64,000 nucleotides of DNA from an uncultured bacterium (GTDB lineage: Bacteria; Babelota; Babeliae; Babelales; Babelaceae), in contig CAVRKK010000002.1 of the NCBI GenBank assembly GCA_963722385.1, forward strand, positions 256,001-320,000. The letters are read 5' to 3'. The translations under genes were made by a program, and so were the position numbers. The notes under the pieces were generated by a model, which did not search any database, was not told where the DNA came from, and saw nothing but the letters and a program-made list of their open reading frames with translations. This document shows positions 38,719-46,759 of this stretch, piece by piece (position 1 is the first letter of the stretch; every line of letters begins with the position of its first letter).

Positions 38719-40212
38719 ATGAAAAGCACGGTACGGTTCTTGCTTTTTATCAGCATATTTTCTACGACAGCAGCTAACGGCCCTCACTGCCGGTGCCCAT
38801 TCAAAGCGACGTGCACCAACAACCCCTTCCGTAAAATATACCCCAATCAAAACATGTGTTTACTCCTCGATGAGATACCTAAAGCGATCAAGCAATTGCC
38901 CTACGTAACGCTTCCAAACTGCCAATCCTACAATGTTGCTCGCTTTAACTATAACAAGCGATTTGATATATTTCCTCATGCAATTATAGTACCGCGGACA
39001 GCTCATGAAGTCGCACACGCGCTTGCCTTGTTGCGTCATCATAAGCTCCATTTTTCCCTTCGTAGCTGCGGCCATTGTTATGGGCCTGGCTCATTGTCAT
39101 CAGATTACGTTATAGATCTCCGCCATTTTAATGAGATTAAGCCAAACCTTAAAAATGACACGGTATATATTGGCGTGGCAACTCACTTGAGCGAGGTCAT
39201 CGAAACACTTGGCAAGCTTGATTATGCTCTGCCAACGGGTACTTGCCCTTCCGTCGGTGCGGGCGGATTAGCGCTTGGCGGCGGCATCGGCATACTCGGG
39301 CGCCAGTTTGGTTTGACGTGTGATTCAATAAAAAGCATTACCTTTGTTAATGCGAAATCTGAAATTATTGAGGTTGATAAGCAACATTATCCCGATTTAT
39401 TTTTTGGACTCCGCGGGGCAGGTAATGGCTCTTACGGTATTGTTCTTGGCATAACATTCACCATGCATTATATACCCCGCGTCACTTTTCTCGAGCTTGC
39501 CTGGGATTGGGATCCCGCCGTAATCCCGAGCATTATAGAGGCGTGGCAGTCCTGGATTACTACCTTGAAAGATACTATTTCAACAGAGATACACATTCGC
39601 TTTGTTGATGGCAAAGCGCAATTTTCAATTGTCGGGTTAAAGCTGGGTACCAAGCCATTCACTGAATGGGAGAAAACATTCAAACATTTTAAACCACACG
39701 TCACCATCAAGAACGAGCGTTACCTTAAAGCCGCACGAAAGTTAGCCGGAAGTTATACCGAGCCTTTTTCAAAGGCGAAGTCAAAGTTTTTAATGGAGCC
39801 ATTACCTGCTCAAGGAATTGCCGTTATTGTTGATTACATCGACCAATTGATCCATAAACAAGAAGATTTCCTTGTCTATTTTGAGCTGGGAGCTGCGCGC
39901 GGTAAATTTACCAAAGGAAATACTGCATATTTCCCCCGACACGCACTTATGTGGTTCTTCCAATTTATCTATTGGAACTTTCAGCATCAAAGCAGCAAAG
40001 CCCTTAATTCCATCAATGAATTTTACGAAAACATTTCGCCTTTTTGCTCGCGATATTCCTACGCAAATCTCGTAGACTACGACCTGGACAAGCATTACTT
40101 ACGTGATTACTATGGCAACAAAGTTAAGAAACTCATTCGTATTAAAGATAAGTATGACCCAAAAAATATTTTTCACTGGAAACAAAGCATTCCGACAAGC
40201 TTTTCTCGATAG
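38719..40212 (+). CDS. Secreted FAD-linked oxidase, berberine-bridge-enzyme (BBE)-like
   Basis: Signal peptide, RSCGHCY flavin site, GTCPSVGAGGLALGGG, C-terminal YANLVD...YYG...KYDPKNIF. Confidence 0.9.
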   Translation: MKSTVRFLLFISIFSTTAANGPHCRCPFKATCTNNPFRKIYPNQNMCLLLDEIPKAIKQLPYVTLPNCQSYNVARFNYNKRFDIFPHAIIVPRTAHEVAHALALLRHHKLHFSLRSCGHCYGPGSLSSDYVIDLRHFNEIKPNLKNDTVYIGVATHLSEVIETLGKLDYALPTGTCPSVGAGGLALGGGIGILGRQFGLTCDSIKSITFVNAKSEIIEVDKQHYPDLFFGLRGAGNGSYGIVLGITFTMHYIPRVTFLELAWDWDPAVIPSIIEAWQSWITTLKDTISTEIHIRFVDGKAQFSIVGLKLGTKPFTEWEKTFKHFKPHVTIKNERYLKAARKLAGSYTEPFSKAKSKFLMEPLPAQGIAVIVDYIDQLIHKQEDFLVYFELGAARGKFTKGNTAYFPRHALMWFFQFIYWNFQHQSSKALNSINEFYENISPFCSRYSYANLVDYDLDKHYLRDYYGNKVKKLIRIKDKYDPKNIFHWKQSIPTSFSR

Positions 40213-40322
40213 TAGGCAACTTTCCGGGAAGGGGTTCAGTATTTAGCAAAAATTACCGTATTAATAATTGCGTCTCGGCACCTATTTTGTTTTGAAGTAT
40301 ACTAAGAAAAATAAACAAGCAC

Positions 40323-40712
40323 ATGGTAGAGCATATGGATAAGAAATTTTCTTTATATAGTGAGCTTTTGATGGACCATTATCGCTCACCTCGATTCTCT
40401 GGAACGCTTGAAAACCCAGACTTTTCCATTGAGCTCAAAAATGAGTCGTGTGGCGATGCTCTTTGCTTAACGGGCATTATTCGTGACCATAAACTTGTTA
40501 CGGCACGGTACGTAGGTGTCGGCTGCATCCTGAGTCAAGCATTCGCATCGTTACTTTTACAGGAAGCCCATGACAAGCCGTTAAGTGCTTTACAAGCATT
40601 AACGGGTCAGGACCTTTGTCGATGGGCGGGCATAGAGGTTGGCCCCAATCGCTTGCAGTGTGTCACTTTGGCGTTAACGGCGCTCCATGAGGCTTTAAAA
40701 AAATATGCTTGA
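40323..40712 (+). CDS. sufU: SufU/IscU-type Fe-S scaffold
   Basis: LMDHYRSPR, NESCGD, GCILSQA, RLQC. Confidence 0.88.
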   Translation: MVEHMDKKFSLYSELLMDHYRSPRFSGTLENPDFSIELKNESCGDALCLTGIIRDHKLVTARYVGVGCILSQAFASLLLQEAHDKPLSALQALTGQDLCRWAGIEVGPNRLQCVTLALTALHEALKKYA

Positions 40713-41805
40713 CCGAACAAAAATAATAAAAGAGCTGGCTCATCGCTCTGGCGATTTATCTGATGCGCTCAAGAATGAATGTGATTATGCGCTTAATCTT
40801 TGGAACAAGATTGCTCGCGATGAGCAATTTTACGACAGGCTTTGCTCTTTACCCCTACGCTTTCCCGTTCCCTCTTGGCGAGGACTTTTGGGCGATCAGA
40901 TCGCCATAACTCCTCGTCCCTTTTATGACGTTTTAGCGGTCGATGGTTCGCAAATCTATCCAGACCGGCACCAAGGCACATCTTGCTTTTTGATTAATAT
41001 TGGCATCGTGCAACTGAGCTACGGCCAACAGGACAGCAGCGCTCTCTTTGACACCGTGCCCTTCGTAGCGCTTGAGGGCGATAGAGAAATTTTTGAATAT
41101 ACACCCGAGATCGTTAACGCACAACGTACCGAGCGCGAACTTCAAGCAGGGCGCGATCTAATGAGAAAAGCGTGTAATACAAACAATGCGCGCGCCTTTC
41201 TTTTTGATGGCTCGCTTATTTTTTGGTACGTACCTAATCAGAACGAACCAACTCACCAAAATGCCTTTTTTACTCGATACCTTATACTGCTCGAAGACTT
41301 CTTTGAACAAGAACATTTGCTGGCTGGATATATCAGCCTTCCTAAAAGCAGGGACCTCATTAATATACTGCGGGCAGCAGCACAGGATGAGGGGAACAGC
41401 TGTACTTTTGGCTATATTAACGATAGTACTATTGCCGACCTCTACCTCGAAACCGGAACTCGCTCGCTTGTTTTTCAGAGCACTGCTCCCCTTGCTGAAC
41501 ATTATCCCGAGCACAGCAAGCCCTACTTTTTTTATATCAATACCGGTTACGAAATAGCGCGCGTAGAAATCCCCGCATGGATAGCGCTTAACGCTGAGCG
41601 CTTAAAGAGCATCACTGAAATCGTCTTTGATCAAATCATTAAAGGGAATGGGTATCCCATTTCCCTTGCTGAAGCACATGAGCAAGCAGTTATCACTCAT
41701 GCTGACAGAGATTTTTTTTACCATCTTTTACATACAATGTCTCTATCTTCAAATAGTCTTGCTAACTCGCAAAAGAGTATTAAAAAGCGACGCATGAGTG
41801 TGTAG
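40705..41805 (+). CDS. NurA-domain nuclease
   Basis: AVDGSQ, FDGSL, ARVEIP, GYPISLAEAHEQAV. Confidence 0.85.
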   Translation: MLDRTKIIKELAHRSGDLSDALKNECDYALNLWNKIARDEQFYDRLCSLPLRFPVPSWRGLLGDQIAITPRPFYDVLAVDGSQIYPDRHQGTSCFLINIGIVQLSYGQQDSSALFDTVPFVALEGDREIFEYTPEIVNAQRTERELQAGRDLMRKACNTNNARAFLFDGSLIFWYVPNQNEPTHQNAFFTRYLILLEDFFEQEHLLAGYISLPKSRDLINILRAAAQDEGNSCTFGYINDSTIADLYLETGTRSLVFQSTAPLAEHYPEHSKPYFFYINTGYEIARVEIPAWIALNAERLKSITEIVFDQIIKGNGYPISLAEAHEQAVITHADRDFFYHLLHTMSLSSNSLANSQKSIKKRRMSV

Positions 41806-41939
41806 AATGTGATAGGTGATAGGGCTGCCTAGGAGCATATTGAAAATTACAAATTGCCAAACAATGTTTACAAAAAAAGCGTTTTTTGCTATAATAATAC
41901 CATGTTTTGTTTTTAAATAAGAATTAAAACGGTGTAATC

Positions 41940-43173
41940 GTGAAAATATATATTGCTTTTTTGCTCGTTGCCAATGCCGCATTTTTGGCACACGGCATGG
42001 AGCAGCCAACCAAGCGAGATTGTGAAGAAAAAAAGAGCTAGAAGGCCAGCCTCCTTTAAAAAAGCCAAAGCTATTAAGCAAAGAAGAGCAAGAAAAATTA
42101 AATAAAGAGTTTATCGATGCTCTAGAGCAAAAAGATATAGCGGCAATGGAATTAGCTTTTAGCCAAGGTGCAAATATCAATGGCGATCCTTTAATGCATG
42201 CCGCAGAAAACGGCGATCTAGATATTATTAAATGGCTTATCGAACATGGAGTACAATATAATATTCGCTGCTGGGGAGGATTCGACCCCGTAATAGCAGC
42301 AGCCAACGGAGAAAGACTTGACATTGTTGAGTGGTTTTTCCAACATTGTACGCAGTTTAATCTCAATCTCCCTGTTGGTAGCCCGCCAAAATTAAGGTGG
42401 TACTCTCTTTTAGTTTCGGTCTGCGTAGAACTAAAAGATGAACCACTCATAAGTGCTGTGCTGCAAGGCCAGAGTGAGGTGGTAAAAAGTTATCTCCAAG
42501 AAAACTTAGAAGAAGAAGAATTTGTTAACGCTTTTTTCTTGAGGAAGAGGAAGCAAAAGTGCCTCGGTTCGTAGACCCAAGCGAGCTCAGGCGTGCCTTT
42601 GTGCTTATGGTTGCTTTTAACCAAACGGACTTGGTTGCATTTACCCTAGAGCACAAGAGCCACTTAATTGATTCTGCAACGTTACAAAGTTCCCTCGAGA
42701 GCGCAGCTGCTACCAACAATTTGCAGCTATTCATCAAGCTCTATGATCTGATCAGAGAGAGAATGGATGCTCACCAGATAAGCAAGCAAGAATTTACCGA
42801 GATGCTCGAAAAAGCATTATATTGGGCAGCGGTCAGAAAAAATGAAGCGATCGTTTACTTCATTCTTGAACGAGCCTTTATTTTCGGCTATGCAAGCGAG
42901 TTACCTCTAGCAAGAGTGGGACGGCAAGTATTTCGTATCCTTACTCTTAATAACAGCCTAATGACCTATGAATATGAACATGAAGCTGCTTCGTTTGAAC
43001 GAATTTATGAGAGTCTCGCTACCGTTCTGCGTATGCGGTGCGCAGGTGGGCGACAGGGTATGCATGCCTTCCTAGAAATGCTTGAAAGCTTGACACCTCA
43101 ACTACCTCTCGAAATTCTTGTGTTTATACTGAGCTTGGTACTGCACCAGCATACCACTGTCTATTCAGGTTAA
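41940..43173 (+). pseudogene. Frameshifted secreted ankyrin protein with a C-terminal F-box-like motif
   Basis: GTG start, leader MKIYIAFLLVANAAFLAHGME; frame breaks near the A7 run at about 42030 and near 42535-42560; ankyrin PLMHAAENGDLDIIKWLI; C-terminal LPLEILVFILSLV. Confidence 0.75.
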
Positions 43174-43321
43174 TTTTTGAACTTCTTCCGATAAAACTTT
43201 ACAAAGACCGGTAGCTAGGCTTTTTCTAGCATTTATAATCCAAACAAAAGCTGCTCAAAGAGAGTTTGGGCGAAAAGAGTTAGATTTTAATTGGCCATTT
43301 CTCTTTTCACGAGGAAATCAG

Positions 43322-43387
43322 CGTGCATTACTGCGCGAGCGCCAGCTTGAGGGAATCACCGCTGCCAAAAAACGTGGCGCTTACAAA
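43322..43387 (+). pseudogene. Serine resolvase/invertase relic
   Basis: RALLRERQLEGITAAKKRGAYK matches the E-helix of resolvases. Confidence 0.65.
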
Positions 43388-43628
43388 GAAGATTATATCG
43401 GCCACCTAGACAACACAGATGCAACAAAAGAAGTACAAGCGTTGGGCAATGAAATTAAAAGGATACTCAATGAGCAAGAATAAAATTAAGCGCATTATGA
43501 ACTCAATTGGCGAAACGCAAAATATAATTGAAAAAGAAAACATCGATAAATTTTCAGCAGCACACACTTAACCATACATGAATTAAGAAAAATTTTTGAT
43601 CTTGTAATCAAAAAAATTATGCAGTGGT

Positions 43629-43877
43629 ATGACGATTCACAAATTTCTTTTGAAGATCCGCGCTACATTAAGATTCCCCTCAAAGAAGAGTATCTGTATA
43701 TGGAATGTTTTCCTTCCTTTTACCATTGAATCGTTAGACGACTGTATAAAAGGTTGGAAAGAAATTTTAAGTGGTAATGCTACGCCATCTGCGCTTGATA
43801 TTGAAAGACTTGGCAGTATATTAACGGCTTTGGGACAAGAAAGAGATAGGATTTTAGAAGAATACTTAGCTCATTAA
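43629..43877 (+). CDS. Hypothetical protein or gene fragment
   Basis: 82-aa AT-rich ORF in a decayed region. Confidence 0.3.
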   Translation: MTIHKFLLKIRATLRFPSKKSICIWNVFLPFTIESLDDCIKGWKEILSGNATPSALDIERLGSILTALGQERDRILEEYLAH

Positions 43878-44095
43878 GCTTTATTGGCACATTGGCAAGG
43901 ATATACTGCTTAAGCTGTAACGTGCTAAAAGTTCCGAAGCATGAAGTGACCCTTTTCTCGAACAAAGTAGCCGGTTGTATTTTTCTTTTGCTTGTATAAG
44001 CTTGCATATGGTTAAGGTAAAAATGTAGAACCGGGCTCCAAAAATAGCCATCGCGGTTGAAGATTAAATTAAATCTATTAATGAGGAAGATCTTT

Positions 44096-46363
44096 ATGAA
44101 AATTACTGTATTGCTGAGCGCCGCAGTCTTATTTTTTGCGGTAAATCTGAAATCTAATGCTATTTGTTCTTTGTCACCTGGAACCAATTACGCTCTTCCT
44201 TCCGGTTCTGGAGGATCCCAGTCAGTAGCTTTTTCGCCCAATGGCTTGTACTTGGCTACTGCTAATGAAGGCTCGAATGATGTTACAACATTTAGCGTAG
44301 GAGCAGGAGGTGTGCTCAGTGGAGGTACTTCGTATGCTCTTCCTGCTGATTCAACACCTCTCTCAGTAGCCTTTTCGCCCAATGGTTTATACCTGGCTAC
44401 TGCTAATAAAGGCTTGAGCGATGTTACCATATTTAGCGTCGGAGCGGGAGGGATACTTAGTGGAGGTACTTCATATGCTGTCCCTAACTATCCCACTTCG
44501 GTAGCCTTTTCGCCTAATAGTTCGTATCTTGCTGTTACTAGTGCTACTGGAGGTGCGAATCAAGTAACTATGTTTAGCGTAGGGGTAGGAGGAGTGTTAA
44601 GTGGAGGCACTTCATACTTTCTTCCTTCTGGTTCTACTGAGCCTGTATCAGTAGCATTTTCACCAAATGGCGTATACCTGACTACCGCTAATTATGGTTC
44701 AGATGATGTAACAGTATTTAGCGTAGGAGTTGGAGGAGTGTTAAGTGGAGGAACATCATACTTTCTTCCTTCTGGCTCTCTAGCACCCAATGCAGGGGCA
44801 TTTTCTTCGAATGGTTCATATTTTGCTACCGCTAATCTAACGACGGCTAATGTCACTATATTTAGTGTAGGGGCAGGAGGAGTACTCAGTGGCGGCATTT
44901 CATATCCTTTGCCTTCAGGTTCTTTTGCTCCCTACTCAATAGTGTTTTCGCCTAATGGCGCATACCTTGTTACCAGCAACGGTGATCCAAATAATGATGT
45001 GACAGTATTTAGTGTAGGAACGGGAGGTATGCTTAGCGGAGGAACGTCATACAATCTTCCTGCCGGTACTTCAGGAGGCTTCTCAGAAGCATTTTCACCT
45101 AATGGTTCATATCTGGCCATCGCTAATGCAGGTTCGAACAATGTAACTATCCTGATACTTGATTGTTCGAGCCAAGCTGTTTCCTATCCTTTACCTCCTG
45201 GCTCTACCCAGCCTGACTCAATAGCATTTGCATCTGACGATAAGCATTTTGCCACAGCCAACTACAACTCAAGCGATGTAACCTTGTTTACCACGAATGG
45301 TACTTCTTTGGTGTCAGAAATATCCTATAAACTACCTTTAAACTCAACCAATCCATCTTCTATTGCTTTTTCAACTAATAATTCCTATGTTGCAACTGCC
45401 AATAGCAATTCGCAAGATGTAACACTTTTTGCCTTAGTAAATGACGCACTCGTGGCAGGTACTTCATATACCTTACCTGCAGGATCGACAAAACCAGCTT
45501 CAGTAAAATTCTCACCTAACGATTTTTATCTTGCGGTGGCTAACAGTGAATCAAACGATGTGACTGTATTTAACGTAGTAGGAGGATCTTTACAAAGTGC
45601 CCTTTCGTATCCATTACCTGCAGGCTCTTTATATCCCGTCAGTCTTTCTTTTTCTCCAGAAGGGATCTATCTAGCAACAGCAAATGCACACTCAAGCGAT
45701 GTAACACTCTTTAAGGTAACAGCTGGCGATTTAAGCAATGCTCTTTCATATGCTCTTCCGGCCGGGTCTCTAGAGCCTCAGTCAATTACCTTTTTTGCTA
45801 ACAATAACAACCTCTATTTAGCAACTGCTAATAGTGCATCAAATGATGCAACAATTTTTATGCTGCACAATGACACTCTTGCTGATGGACGTTCTTACTT
45901 ACTGCCACAAAGTACGCTGAATCCCCAATCTATTGCTTCTTCATTCAATGGTAATTATCTTGCTGTAGCTAATAGCAATTCGAGCAGTGTTACTTTTTTT
46001 AATGCTACGGGGGGAACTCTCCAGCAAGCAACAACCTATTCACTTCCTTCTAACTCAACTTACTGTGTCAGTATCACCTTTTCGCCACGTGGCACCTATA
46101 CACTCACAGCTAACCTCTATTCGAATGATGTATCACTTATACCAGTATTGCTCGGAAGCTCACAGGGCGATGGTGATGGATCAAGTAGTAGCTTACCTCT
46201 CGGGGTAATTATAGGCACAACGGTAGGGATTCCCTTGGGTTTTACTGCTTTAACAGCAGCTACGGTAGGTGCAGTCCTGTTATTTTATAAGTACTGCCAG
46301 TACCAGCGTCGTGCTACAAGTGTTAATTTTGATAATAAGCCATCAGTGGTAGAGGATTTCTAA
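44096..46363 (+). CDS. Secreted/membrane-anchored 14-blade beta-propeller repeat protein
   Basis: Start MKITVLL after GAGG; 14 repeats; C-terminal TM LPLGVIIGTTVGIPLG and tail SVNFDNKPSVVEDF. Confidence 0.9.
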   Translation: MKITVLLSAAVLFFAVNLKSNAICSLSPGTNYALPSGSGGSQSVAFSPNGLYLATANEGSNDVTTFSVGAGGVLSGGTSYALPADSTPLSVAFSPNGLYLATANKGLSDVTIFSVGAGGILSGGTSYAVPNYPTSVAFSPNSSYLAVTSATGGANQVTMFSVGVGGVLSGGTSYFLPSGSTEPVSVAFSPNGVYLTTANYGSDDVTVFSVGVGGVLSGGTSYFLPSGSLAPNAGAFSSNGSYFATANLTTANVTIFSVGAGGVLSGGISYPLPSGSFAPYSIVFSPNGAYLVTSNGDPNNDVTVFSVGTGGMLSGGTSYNLPAGTSGGFSEAFSPNGSYLAIANAGSNNVTILILDCSSQAVSYPLPPGSTQPDSIAFASDDKHFATANYNSSDVTLFTTNGTSLVSEISYKLPLNSTNPSSIAFSTNNSYVATANSNSQDVTLFALVNDALVAGTSYTLPAGSTKPASVKFSPNDFYLAVANSESNDVTVFNVVGGSLQSALSYPLPAGSLYPVSLSFSPEGIYLATANAHSSDVTLFKVTAGDLSNALSYALPAGSLEPQSITFFANNNNLYLATANSASNDATIFMLHNDTLADGRSYLLPQSTLNPQSIASSFNGNYLAVANSNSSSVTFFNATGGTLQQATTYSLPSNSTYCVSITFSPRGTYTLTANLYSNDVSLIPVLLGSSQGDGDGSSSSLPLGVIIGTTVGIPLGFTALTAATVGAVLLFYKYCQYQRRATSVNFDNKPSVVEDF

Positions 46364-46688
46364 AACCCTGCTAAGATTCCATTGAAAAAAAGGTGAACCA
46401 CTGACGCTTCAGCCGCTAACCTATCTTTTTCTTTACTTGAAAGAGAGCTAGTAAGCTGCGGTTGGTTTTTCTCTCGCCATGGAAAAGGCCATGATATTTG
46501 GACCAATGGAAATATGATCGAGCAAATTCCAAGACATAACGAAATAAGATAATTATGAAAGACTACGTAAGGCAGCAAACCCATCTGATGAAAGTATTGT
46601 TCGCATTTGGTAATTGGCTGCTTAACATACTTTAAGATGCGCCTTGTGCTACGAAACTTGCGGATGTGAACCTCAAGCAGAAAGTAGA

Positions 46689-46717
46689 TTGCAAATATTT
46701 GAAATGTCCTTTATGCT
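46689..46717 (+). promoter_or_regulatory. Sigma70-like promoter
   Basis: TTGCAA-17 nt-TATGCT, conserved with the paralogous site at 6917-6945. Confidence 0.6.
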
Positions 46718-46759
46718 CCTAACTAACTTAAAAATTTACAAAATAAGGAGTCTGATAGC

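Noticed and set aside
41749..42450. 233-aa minus-strand ORF
   Set aside because: Antisense to the ankyrin reading frame; no recognisable motifs
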